From: Vezdaea acicularis
Lineage: Eukaryota
Length of the DNA: 64,000 nt
Assembly: GCA_026025075.1 (NCBI GenBank)
Contig: JAPEUI010000002.1
Location: 186,001-250,000, forward strand
Direction of reading: 5' to 3'
Shown: piece by piece, positions 26,280 to 39,070 of the stretch
Layout of the letters: every line of letters starts with the position of its first letter
Numbering within the stretch: position 1 is the first letter of the stretch
Notes under the pieces: model-generated
What the model was told of the DNA's origin: nothing
What the model saw: the letters and a program-made list of their open reading frames with translations, nothing else
Databases searched by the model: none
Program-made: the position numbers and the translations under genes

Positions 26280-29242
26280 TTACGCCCACACTAGTTTTTT
26301 GATCTCGTGACCGAGTTGCTCGAAAATGCCGGTGCTCCGCTTCGCATCCTTCAATGAAATGACATCCTTCTCCGTCACGAAGTCAATCTTCCCATCCACA
26401 TGCCCCGGCCCAATTCTAGATCGTGAAATCGCAGCGCTTTCGATCTCGGTGCAGATAGACCTTATGAGCTCGAGCTCTGGGATGGCGGTGCTGTCGGCCT
26501 GTGCGGGGCCCGCTAGATTTTGCGAGGGCAGGGCTTTGAACGCTAGGATGTGTGGCTCAGAACTGCTCGGTGCCGAGATACTTGAGTCTTTTACGGACTT
26601 CTTCTCGGCGTCTTTAGGGACTGAGGTGGCGAGGGAGCGGGTATTGACTCGCTGGATGGTTTCGCCGGGCTTGTAACGCAGCACGAAACCGACGTTCCGT
26701 GACTCGTTGCTTTGGGAGGGCGCAAGGGTGGATGTGATGTATGCGCCGTAATTCATACCGAGCACATCCGCTAGGTCGATGCGTTCGAAGGACGACACCT
26801 TTTCTTCGTCCCAGCTGTATTGGCAGATGTAAAGGCCTGCATCTGTGAGGAGGAGGATCGCCTCTTTAAAGGGGAAAGTGCGTATCGTATTTTCCTTGTC
26901 CGGCATTGAGAGGGTCCAGCCCCCCAACAGGTCCTCAGACGAGTCCGCGATAACGATCCTAGAGGCCGTATCAATGGCGTTCTGGCGCACCCGCTTCATG
27001 GACATGGCTGGATCTTTGCTCATCATATCAGCTTCAAACTCAGCGAAAGTTTGGGAGGAAACGTTTCCAAGAAGGTAGTCAATTGTCGCTTGGGAGAAGT
27101 AGTCGTTGACGATGTTGTTGAAGTAGCGGTTGAGCGTTAAGTTCAAATCATTCAGTATGCCACGGTAGTCGCGTTTGCGCGTTCGCGTAAAGTCACCTTT
27201 GAGAGCTGCGGTGCTGGAGTATTGCTTTGAGATTGCGTCGCCATTGTCAGCCCAAATATAATTCAGCCATTGAGTGCTGTTTGGAGCTTGTATGCTCAGA
27301 TCGAACCCTTCTTTTTCTAGTTGTGCTTCTAGCGCTCGACGGCCAAAGGCACTTTGGACGACGTTAGTACGATCTAGGCAATCCATGCAATTCGTCCGAA
27401 AGACTCCTTTTTGAGTCTGTTCTAGCTTTCCGTCCCTTAGAATGGTCTCGGAGAAATCTTTCATATTCCTTTCTTGCGAATGGATCAGAAGAGAAACATT
27501 CTCAAATTTCATGCCTCTACAAACATGGTGAAAATCAAACCATTCAAATCCAATGTTCTTTCCGAGTAGATCTCCTGATGCCTGGAGTTGCTCAGCATGC
27601 TTTTGATACTCCTCTCCAATTTGCGCTTCGTTGTTCTGCTTTTCGACCAGCGAAATAAGCTGAACTTTACCATATGTGCTTGTTAGCTTGCGAAAATGCT
27701 CCGTGAATGCAGCATGGTTGGTATCAAACGAATGCTGTAAGATTGGTACGGGCTTGAAAGAGTATGGCGTTTGTGAGAAATATAATGGGATAGAACCGCG
27801 AAACTGGACGAAGGAATATACGGGCCGGTCGGAGTCCCAAGTTGGGCTAGAAAGAATCTGCTCAGTCTCAACGCTATTTGCGGTGTAACCTCGATCGTCG
27901 ATCCCTCGGCGAAGATATCGCAAGCCGGCTCGATTTACGGAGCGCCTAGATATCAATGTTAGGAGGAAGTTACCTTTCAATACTTTCTCCTCGCTACTTT
28001 GAGAGCTTTCGCTGATATGCTCTTGCATCTCAATAATCTCACTCACGTCGCCAGGTGCGTCCTTTGGGGAATATTGAGCTGGCCCTGTTGTTTTCTCAAT
28101 TGAGAACGCCTGCTGTCCGACAAAACCTTGCATAAGTGGAAGTACAAGTGTGTCCAAGGAAGACTCAATGAACGGAAGGCTGAGATACCGATTCCAGAAG
28201 TACTGACATGGAAAAGTCAGTGTCATGCTATATTGTAAGACCAAAATAGCTCACCAATGGGTCAACTCTTTCATTTAGGGGGAGATCTCCGGACTTGTCT
28301 TGCGGTCCGGCAATACTTCTTGTAATGTCAAGGTCATAGGAGAAGAAGAAATTCCGAGACGAGAAGAGCATCTTTGTTGTTCTTAAGAGCTTCGGCAGCA
28401 ACGAAAGTGTTATTTTTTCTGCATCAGCCGTGCTGGTATCTACAGTATGACGGCTTGACCCTTGGCCATCTAAGCCGTCTATAGTTGAAGAGCCTCCATA
28501 AAGAGTCGCTGCATTGGGTCCTTGGTGAAGGTTGTCTATGCTCATTCCCTGCAGTCTTCGTTTTTCCACGCTCCATCCTTGCTTTGAGAACCAGTTATCC
28601 GCAAATCTCCCGTATGCTCCTTTTCTCCCTATGACGTCCTCGGCTACACTTGATCGCCGTTGGTGTGCAGGCGGCTTGGTGTGAGCCTCCGGTGATAAGT
28701 TTTCACTAATGACGGGGTTGCCCTGGTCATCAGCATGCGGATCGTCATCTGCTATGCTCCTACTACTCTCCTCGTCTCCAGAGGAGTCCGTAACGACGCT
28801 CTCGTCGGACGCGACGGCATCAGCATGCTTCACCCCATCCCTGGTCTGGATGATGGCGTGTTGCGCATCTGCTTGAGAAGACAAAGGTATTAAGGCAACA
28901 TCTGTTACAACGTATACAGGGAATCCTCGAATTTGGGCAACTTGCTGGCGCTGGGATATTGAGACAAGGAACGAAGCTGATGCGACGGTCAAGAGGCCTG
29001 TACGTGATAGTCAGTGGCTAGCCACCGAGCATTGCATTGCATGTGAGCTCACCTACAATTCCATGAGATTCGACAAAGACATTTTCACTATTGTCGACCA
29101 CTTTTGTCAGAGGCTTGATTTTGTGCGTCTTATATTCGATTAAGACGGGCGTGGCAGGCCGCTGGTGCCGCTGAGCCAAGGGCTGCAGAACTAAGCCCTC
29201 AATGGCAGCGAGCACGAGTAGCTTTCGAACAAGGGCAGGCAT
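26280..29242 (-). CDS. Sac1-domain phosphoinositide phosphatase with C-terminal hSac2-like domain (SAC2/INPP5F-like)
   Basis: LISRRSVNRAGLRYLRRG, RGSIPLYFSQ, catalytic RTNCMDCLDRTNVVQ (CX5R) and WADNGDAISKQY. Two introns. Confidence 0.9.
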
Positions 29243-29743
29243 AGTGATTCATTCCTCGCACTACAAAGGCTGCCATCTCATTTTGACCTAGCTGCACAGG
29301 CCGTTTGCTGCGTCTACTCTTCAGCAGAATGATCTCGTCTTCCGCGGATGGTCTTGGGACTCCGGCAAGCGAAGCCAGGAAGCCATAAGCATGACGTCGA
29401 CGTGAAGCTTAATGAGAGGAATGAGAAATTTAGAGATGACATACCAATCATTAAAGTTTTATAGAGTTCTTAGAATTATAATTGCCTGCTCGATTTTCGT
29501 GTATCCCGATTCTAAAATGAACCCATCGAATTGGACAGGATTCGTGATGGCATGAAGTGTGAGGATGTAGCGTACGAGCAGGGAGCGGCTAGGATCAATC
29601 AGGCAACGCACGGGGGACGCAGTGGGCACGCAGTATAGTCGCAATAGGAGTTGGAATAGTTTAGTAGTCAATAGCATGTATCTATACGATTGAATACTGA
29701 GGAGCTATTCTACAGTGCTTCCCCGCTTTGCTATATGACGATG

Positions 29744-29753
29744 GTCACGTGAC
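29744..29753. promoter_or_regulatory. GTCACGTGAC palindromic E-box in a divergent promoter
   Basis: Perfect 10-bp palindrome midway between the Sac phosphatase and SSH4 start codons. Confidence 0.4.
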
Positions 29754-30242
29754 GCATGGGTAGCGCAGGGGTGCCGCAGGAGTCACGGGAAGGCAGGTTC
29801 GTGACATGAAGCTAAGAAACATTCACGTTTCGTATTCAACCTTGAAACGGTGTCACATTGAATGGCACAACGACTCATTCACACGATTCCAAAGCGAGAG
29901 ATTTCCACCTTCAATAAAGTCTAGGTAAAACTCTCCATTTAACTCTTAATGTTTAGAAATTGTTTAGGCGTAACGGCCTTTAGAGTGCGCTTATCTTTCA
30001 AAATAGCTTCGAAGGCGCCAAGCCGATTGACGTGACCAACCGAGCCTTCAGGTCGCCGTGCGCGGTTGGCCGCTAGAGAGTCCTGCCACTTCAATCCACG
30101 CATACCCGGACCACATCATCCTAATGAATCGTATAGATGCCACGACTGCAACAAGACTGCTCACAGTGCTGATCGAGCGTCAGCTCGTTACTTGAGCTTG
30201 CATAACACGACAGAGGATCTGAATTCTCATTCATAGGTCACG

Positions 30243-31863
30243 ATGTTGGAATCTGGCGCCTATACTACTGCACCATCTACAACACTCGCCACATCATACA
30301 CACAATCCATTATTCCGGTAGAGACTTTAGAAGAGCCCGTTGAGCAATTTCCTGTCGGCCAATATCTCGATGACAGTCACAATGCTATCGTCTTTGGAAT
30401 GCGAGGCGATGGATCGACAGGCAAGGGAATACTTATTGGGATGCTTTCCGCGTTTGGATCTGCCGGCTTCGTCGCAATCATAGTTGGTATCGTGTACTTC
30501 TTCCGGTATACAAGTAGGGGACGTATTTTTCTGGATCGTATGGGCCGACCGGGAGAGTATGACGATGAGCAAACGCTGGCAAGAGAGGAGGCTGAGGCTT
30601 TTGAGGGTATGGATGATCTACAAAGGGCCGAATATCAACGCGCAAAAGGTACAGCACTCCCAGAATGTTTAGCTCCATTATCGTTCTATGTTTGAGCTTA
30701 TATATCTACATTTTTGTGACTCTGCTAACGTTAACTAGCTTTCGTCCAGGCAAATCCGCCAGACTCGATGCAAACAGATATATCTCTGTCCCAATACCTG
30801 GCCATACAAGAGAAGGGCGTATCAGCATGGGAATTTGAGCCTGAGCTGGAGATTGCGAATTGCTTCGTAGAAGCCCGTACGGAGATAGAGTTCTATGACT
30901 CCGAGTGCAGCGTACAGAGCAACCTTCCTGTGCCTAAGCAAAACGAGGTCTATTACTGGGAAGCAAAAGTATATGACAAGCCAGAGACTACCCTGATCAG
31001 TGTAGGCATGACTACCAAGCCTTATCCCTTGTTTCGTTTGCCAGGTAAGGACTAAATGACTTTTAACCCGATTGCAGCGCTAAGTTCGAACGATAGGCTG
31101 GCATAAATACTCCGTCGCATATACATCCACTGGTCATCGACGGTACAACCAGCCATTTACACCTACCAGTTACGGTCCAGAGTTCGTACAGGGTGATGTT
31201 GTTGGAGTTGGCTACAAACCCAGGACAGGATCGATATTCTTTACACGGAACGGGAAGAAGCTTGATGATGTTGCTCATGGACTCAAAACTCAAAATCTCT
31301 TTCCTACTGTGGGCGCGAATGGGCCCTGTACAGTGCACGTCAACTTTGGCCAGATGGGCTTTGTTTTCATAGAAGCGAACGTGAAGAAATGGGGCCTCGC
31401 TCCGATGACCGGGAGCTTGGCGCCACCTCCACCGTATGGTAGCGAGCAAGGAAGCATACTGCTTGAAGCCGGAAGGGATGGATTGTACCAGAGCCATGGT
31501 GGATACATGGGAGCGGGGCAATCGCGTGCTCGAGCTGGCACTATGAGATCAAGGCCTCCTACAAGCCCTGGTCCAGCCCGCTCGCCGACCGACATCTCTT
31601 TAGCTCAATTAGAGCACGTCCCAACAAACGAGGACGTTGGAGAAGGAACTAGCAATAACGTCGACGGTCCAACGGATGGAAGTGGTATGCATGGACTTGG
31701 TATCGATGGGCACATCGCACCACCACCAGAATATTACAGCCCCCAAGGCTCTGAAGACGGCGGCTTCCGCGGCAGTGCAGAAAGCGGAAGGCCGCTAATT
31801 CACGGCAACAATTCGGTGCGGCCTCCAGTTCCAAGTTATGATTCGGCCATGGGTAATATATAA
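30243..31863 (+). CDS. SSH4: Ssh4, single-TM SPRY-domain Rsp5 adaptor
   Basis: TM helix, IQEKGVSAWEF, SPRY motifs VYYWEAK and TKPYPLFRLPG, plus PPPY, PPEY and PSY motifs. Two introns. Confidence 0.92.
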
Positions 31864-33711
31864 CAGGGTCAGGTTATTGCATCTGATCGATGACCGCAGC
31901 CCCTCCAACAGTGTGTTCGCATTCACTACTTTTAGTGCCTGGATATTGAGCTTAGCGAAAGGGTGTATGGAGTCATGCGTTTGATCTTCCGCGATGAGTT
32001 GGTCTTGAGTGTTCTATTTGCCTTAGTCGATTACGGAGGGGTTCTAGGTGTAAAGGAGAATAGCGGATTGCTCATAGGGTTAGGCTGCATTGAGGAAAGG
32101 CATGGGAGAGGATACTGCGAAAATACCACATGGACTTCAGGGCCATCATCATGAAGTTCGAACGATTTACGTCGATCACACACTCGTTGTTGATCTGTAT
32201 TACTAGTATATCGGATCAGATACTACTTCTGCATAGATGCTTATGTGCGAGCGTGCTTTTTTGATGAGCTAAACGATAAAATGGATTTTGCATCAGTCTT
32301 GTTCTCATGAATGAAGAGACATTGGGCAGATGCACTCAGTTCTGCACAGCAGGGCTGATATCATCGTGCAAAAGGTCTTGCGGCGAAGTTGTGTCGTTGG
32401 TGCAACGTCGATCTTGATTGGCCATTGAACTTCTTCCACCCGGCTTCCATCCGCCTTCTCCGCTTACTGTGGGGTCACCGATCGACAGGCACAATTCTGA
32501 ATTCTTGGGAAATGGAAAGGACCGGATTTTTTTTTCTAGGAGATACACGGACATTTGAGCTCCAAATGATAGCAAAGTAGGTGACTAGTGTAATCTGCTG
32601 GGTCTTCTGTATTGCGAACTACTGTTTGTCATGGCGTGTGAGCTACCAATGCTCTTGCTGTCGTAGCTCTCTCGTGTGATGAGCCTATACAATTTCTGAG
32701 GACGTGCACTTATCGCTCACGAGCGTTTGAGTTCAATAACACGAACGCCACCTCAAAAGCCAGACTCACGACGACCGCTGATTTTCACTCAGTCTCAAAC
32801 GATGGCGCATCCACTGCGGTTTCAGAAGGTCGGTTAAGGTGAGGACTTTCGTAGGAAGGCACCCTGCCTTGAACCAGTTGCTCTTGCACACGACCGTCCA
32901 CGGGTTGAATATAGGACCCTCGATAGTACTTTCTTAGCCAAGCCTGTAGTCTTGTCACTAAACTTACAACTCATCCTGCTAGAAGTATCATACAGCTTTG
33001 ATATATAATCTAGGGAGTTACGCTGTGTAAGATCTGCGGAGTTAGTCACGTTTCAGCCTCCTCTTCTTTCAGCCGCCAGTGCGTTCTGTGGATCACCGCA
33101 GATGGAATAGACAGAAGAAATTGGACAACACCTCCATAGTTGTAAGAGTATATACCAACCCTCCTGCTCTGTCGAAAGACTGCTGCAACAGTGAAGAAGC
33201 TATCTGGTGTTGAGTTGAGGATCGTAAGCTACACTCACCTGTGTTCTTCCCCACAGCCACCTTTATTCACTGACGGTCTTGTGATACCTAGAGATCGATT
33301 CAAGGCGATTCACCCAGAGAAATAGTCCAGCTATCAACCCTTTCCTGCCCCTGCTCCTCGTCGATCATTTGAAATTAATTCGGCAACCTGCATCCATACA
33401 CCGCCAGATTCGGATAACCGCAGGTTTGTACACACAGTGCAAGATCTTCGAGGCAACGAGTACGGAACAGACCAATCCGCCCGCAACGTGGCCCTGCGTT
33501 ACACCACGAGGGACGTTTTGCCCGAAGTAATAGCGAGCGCTGCGTTACTGCTGGGGCTTGGTTTGACGGGTGCTTAACAGATCTCGTGCTAGCTGCAAGA
33601 CAAACGCGACCAGCGCCTCTCAGGAAGTCACAGCTCCGCGGCCTATCACGTAGCGTCACTGAGATTTGCAGGTGGTCCGTAGGGTGTATTGCAGATACAG
33701 TGGTGGACCCG

Positions 33712-35584
33712 ATGCCGAAGAAAGGCAATGGGGTGGGCTCTCAAGGAGCTCGCGATTTGCTGGTCCAGGATGCTGATGCAGAGCTCTCGAAGCACGCATT
33801 TCAGGTCATAATTCTGGTAAGCCAAGACTTTTGTTAGGGGTCACCCTATTGTGGGCACAACTCCATTTCTTTATTGGTTCTGTGTGACTGGCGGGAAAAT
33901 TGCTTTTTGAGTATTGTCGCTCGTCGATGAGGTTCTACCTAAGCATACGCATTATGTCTCGGCTGCCCCATAGACTAGTCATGTAGTCGCCCACAACTCT
34001 CAGCGCTGGAACGTTTACTGCTTCCCGTGTTTTGTTTCACAATAGATCCGAGCTTTGCTGACATTTATGACACTCTAGGGCTCTGGTGGCGGTCCGAACG
34101 AAGACAACGTGACCGGCCTCTTAGTCAGATCGACAGCACAAAAGTGGGCGAAAGGCTCAGTTCTAGCAGTAGACGCTGGGGTGCATATGTCAGCAATCAC
34201 TAGGATACTCTCAGAACATGATCCAGATCCCGCAACATCGAATGGGAATAGCAATGGTCGAATGAATCCAAAAAGGAATGGGAAAGGGGCCCCTGACCAG
34301 CTCGACGGTGTTCCCACGTCATCATACCCCACACCTGAACAAACAACAACGGAGCGAGGCTCACCAGCAGCAGCGACGCCCTTTGATGGTTTGAAGCTTC
34401 CCCACAAGTCCGCGCGAGCAAACGCTGCTTATATAACCCGTGAGCTTGTATCTACGTATCTCATCACTCACCCACATATGGACCATATCTGTGCGTTTGT
34501 TGTGAATACCGCTTCCTTCCAGCACACATCCCGGCCGAAGCGTCTCGCCGCCCTCCCCTCCACCATCGATGCTATCAAGACTCATGTATTCAACAACGTC
34601 ATCTGGCCAAATATGTCCGATGAGGATGACGGAATTGGCCTTATCTCATACATGCGTCTTACTGAAGGAGGGAACGTTGCAGTAGGTACAGGTGAGGGAA
34701 AGGGCTACATTGAAGTATGTGAGGGTCTGGCGGTCAAGAGTTGGACTGTTAGTCACGGACACTGCACGAAGAAGATTGTCCAGCGCAACAGTAACTCAGG
34801 TCTCGAGAATGAGTACTCACCTATGTCTCAGCGCCGCGGCAGCTCCCCGGCCGCTTTACGGCATACTGCCTCCTTTGAGCAGCGGCACCGTCGACCTTCC
34901 TACAACACAATCTCGGACACTCAAATCGTTGATAGCTCAGCTTTCTTCATCCGCGACGAAGCTACCGGCAAGGAGGTCCTTATATTTGGCGATGTAGAGC
35001 CTGATAGCATCGCCATTGAGGCTAGGACTCTTCGAGTCTGGCATGAGGCGGCACCAAAGGTCGCCTCGGGCACACTGGGCGCGATTTTCATAGAATGCAG
35101 CTACACAGACTCGCAAACAGATGACTCACTCTTCGGCCACCTATGCCCACGCCACCTCGTCAAAGAACTCAAACAATTAGCTGGCATCGTCGGCTACCAG
35201 CGTAAGAGACCGCAGTGGGAGGCTACCTTCCAAGTACCCGAGCGAAACAAAAGCAAGCGGAAACGAATGGAGGACGATGAAATGTCTCCTACCAAGCCGA
35301 GGAAGAGTAAATTGGGCCCAAAGAGGGATAGGAGCGCTCATGATGGGGCGGATGACGTGGAAGATTCTCCTGGCCTGCTCGCCGATCAAGACTTGAGACC
35401 GTACTCTGAGGGCGCATTGAAGGGCCTCAAGGTCGTCATCATACATGTTAAGGATCTGTTGCATGACGGACCACCCGCGGGTGATACGATCCTCAGGCAA
35501 TTGGAGGAAGGTGCTGGGCTTAATGGCTTGGCGCTGGGATGTGAGTTCATTGTTAGCAGCAGTGGGGAGAGCGTGTGGGTTTAG
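33712..35584 (+). CDS. PDE1: Low-affinity class II cAMP phosphodiesterase
   Basis: FQVIIL|GSGGGPNEDNVTG across intron 33817-34078, class II signature THPHMDH, FNNVIWPN, IFGDVEPDS and LFGHLCP. Confidence 0.93.
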
Positions 35585-36516
35585 AATTACGTTAACAGCA
35601 GGAGTTCAAAGGCTTATACCAGTTCTGGGGCTGTGGGGAAAGGGAGCCCGGCTTTCTGTACAAAACGATACCTTTTGTCGAGCGTATGGGTGAGCGTGGA
35701 GTTTGGTTCTGGAGTCGATCACTTAGCGCCTCCTCGAGCCTGTTTTTGTTCTGGGCGGGTTCGTAACATCAGATATTAGGATCAGGATCGGGCGTAGAAT
35801 TAGGCTGGGGCAACTCTCCTTTCTTAACTATCTTACGGAGAACGGTCTGTATCACAGGCCTTTCCAACGCCCTTTTAGTCATCCGATAAAATGCGAAGTC
35901 TCAGACTTGACACAAGATCTCTCAATCCACGTCTCGACACCATCAACCACCCATGTTCCTCCCTCATGAAGCCCCCTCTACATCTCGTGACCAACCCATC
36001 GTCCGACTTAAAACGCTTCTAGTAGGTATCAAACAAACCCCACGACCCACTATAGAGCCCCCTGCTCACAACTCTCATGGATCTCATCCCCCTCCCCCAA
36101 CAACCCCACCGAAACGAGTTTCCCTGGTTCAGGAAGCTGGAGGAGTGTAGTGGGAAGAGGAGAGAGGGGTGGAGGAGGGACGAGCTCTTATACGCGACGA
36201 GCACGACAATGTTGGGGTCGTGAGTGGGAAACGGGTTTGCGCAGATATGCGCGTTGCGAGCGGACACTATATAGGGGCAGCTGGGTGGAGTTAAAGATTG
36301 GGGGGGAAAGGGGAGGGTAGTGCAGTGACTGTGATAATGATGATGAAGATGATGCAAAGGACTTGACGGCTGAGGGAAGTTCGGATGATGGAGAGAGCGG
36401 GGGCGAAGAACCGGCCGAAACAGGAAAGGATGCAGCCAGGAACAGCGGTACCTTAGATCTACTCTTGTGGGATTTGAGACTTTCGTGAGCTATGTACATG
36501 GGGGTGAACGAATAGT

Positions 36517-36519
<3 letters not shown>

Positions 36520-36555
<36 letters not shown>
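36520..36555. repeat. (GA)18 microsatellite
   Basis: Uninterrupted GA dinucleotide run downstream of the PBS2 stop. Confidence 0.95.
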
Positions 36556-36562
<7 letters not shown>

Positions 36563-36851
36563 AAAATGGGTGTGTATGTGTTTGAGTAGAAGAGAAAGCG
36601 AGAAAGAAATCGACGGAACGAGACGGCGCTTGCCCTCTTTGCCTTCCCTTCACATGTGTATCTACCTCACATGAAACGCCCTTGGCTACCCTCATCTCGT
36701 CGTCTCTGAAGTTGTCGTAGCCATCCATCATATGCCCCGCATGAACGCTTCCGCTGCAGCTCTTAAACCCGCTCCATTCCACCCAAACGTGGAAGCGACC
36801 AACCGCACCAACAATAGAAAACGTAAAGCTGCTCGGGACCTTTGGTGCATG

Positions 36852-39070
36852 TCAAGGTGCCGACTCGCTCTTCTGCACCTTCTCGCCGTCCGCCTCGTCC
36901 TCCTTCGCTTCTTTGCTCTTCTCGAGCTTCTCCCTTACCTCATCTCCCTCATAGCCATCCCCAACCTTGTCTTTTCCAGGACTAACAACAGTATCCAACG
37001 GCGCTGCGTGCAGTGGAGGCGGATCTTTTTTGCCCATCTTGCCGCTTCTTCTAGCTTCGATGGCCGCGATAGCCCAGTCCGCAACCTCTTTGTCTGCCGT
37101 GATCGGGTGATCGGCGTCAATAGGTGAGCCGTTCATCTCGGGGGAGGCAGGTTCGGTGGGTGGTTTGAGGAGGGGTGCTAGCCAGGGATGGCGTTGGAGC
37201 ATAGCGTAGGTCGGGCGCAGCTTGGGAGTTTTGTTGAGGCATGAGCGGGCGAAGTCGCGGGCTTCGGGCGAGTAGCCTTTTTCGGGGAGTGAAGGTGGTT
37301 CGCCCTCGACGATGGCCTTTGGGGATGAGTCAGCTCTGTGATGTAGGGAAGGAGAGTATGGATCACGATGGGGATTGTAAGGGGGCCGCTCACATTAAGC
37401 TGACTGAAGATGTTGTTATAGGTCTCGGGAGGATAGGGATATCTGCCCATGGCACACTCTATGATGCTCAGTCCTAAGCTCCATACGTCGCTTTGGACGC
37501 TGTATGTCCCTCCCCCAGCTCCTGCTGAAGCAACACCGCCATTGGAGATCCGTTCAGGAGCCATGTAACTCTGACAGCCGATGTTTGTCTTCGCTATACT
37601 TGCTACTAAGTTTCCAGACACTCCGAAATCGCATATTTTAACTTGTCCTTTGGTATTGACAAGAATGTTTGTTGGTTTGACATCTCTGTGAATGATATTA
37701 TGATCTTCTTTCAGAGACTTCAAGCCCATGACGGTTGAGAGCGTCACTTTGCGGAGTACACCTTCCGGTATCCCGTCTCCATACAACTTATCAATAGAGC
37801 CGCCATCCATATATTCCATGCATATATAGACGGCACCTTCTTGAAAGAATGCCCCGTAAAAGTCGATGATGAATGGAGACACGCAGCGATGTAGGATGTC
37901 GAGCTCCATGATGATAGCAGCGAATTTTGCTTCATCAAGTTCCAAGCGAATCTCCTTCATCGCCATGATAATACCAGTTGTTCCGCCTCCAGCAGTAAAA
38001 GTAGGGGATTTGGGGGTGCTGGGGTCGGACTCCGATGTCTTTTTGTCGACAGGATCTGTTCCATCAGGGCTCATTGCCTTTGCTTGCGGTACCGCGGATG
38101 TTGAAATTGAAGGTGGCGCGATATTGCCTTTGAGGCCAAGACCTGGTCTTCGCATATGAGGTCTGCTATGTCGTACTTTATAGACCGTCCCATAATTGCC
38201 CTTTCCAAGCTCTTCGAGGTTATCCACTTCATCGAGAGATATGCTAAAACTGCTCCCACTCGAGAAGTCGATGCCTTTACCATGTATTACTGCTTTCCCT
38301 GCAAATTTCAACGTACCCGACTTCGTGTCGACAAAATCGGAAAACTTGTTGAACAGTGAGCCACCCTGTGACTTCGGCTTGCCCAACTCGCCGCAGTCCA
38401 CCGACTTATCCCCATTGATACCTGGAAGCCCTACACTTGCTGTAGGAGAGGCTCCAGGAAGCCCACCGGGTAGCTTCATACCCCTTCGAGCACCTAAACC
38501 TGGCTTTGGGCTTTTTGAACTTACCATAGAGGGTGCTGAAGCCCAGTTCGGAGCTTGTGGGCGCCCATTCGGCGGCAACCTCATGCTAGCTATGCCACCC
38601 GCTAGAGCACCTGCTGGCGTAGAAGGGCTGGGTGCAACGATTCCTCCTGGTACACTTACCCCAGTTACAACTGGCACATTAGGGGTATTCGTGGTGGATG
38701 TGGGAACAGAGGAGGTACTCCCAGAGCGTAAGCTTGCGGCAGGAGGAGCCCCTTGTCTCGAGAGGTGAAATGCCTTCATTTTGGCCTGCATATCTTGAGG
38801 GAGCCCGCTAGCTCTCATGCTGCCTGCAGCTGAGGGGGGCTGATTGGGTGTAGGACGTCGTGCCGCGTTCAAAGCACCGAGAGGAGTCGAGGTGGGATTC
38901 ATTATCGGGTTTGCGGAGTCTGAGGCGGTTCGAAGTTGTGGTAATCGAGGGGCTTGCACGGATGGTGGAGAAGCAGCAGCTTTCTCTTCGAGAGAGGATA
39001 CTGGAGATTGCGGGAGAGGAGAAGAGGGTGATTCTGGGGTATGCATGCCGTCCTCTGTAGGGCTTTCCAT
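36852..39070 (-). CDS. PBS2: HOG-pathway MAP kinase kinase Pbs2
   Basis: LGKGNYGTVYK, MAMKEIRLELDEAKFAAIIMELDILH, HRDVKPTN and DFGVSGNLVASIAKTNIGCQSYMAPERI. One coding intron ~37391-37318. Confidence 0.95.
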
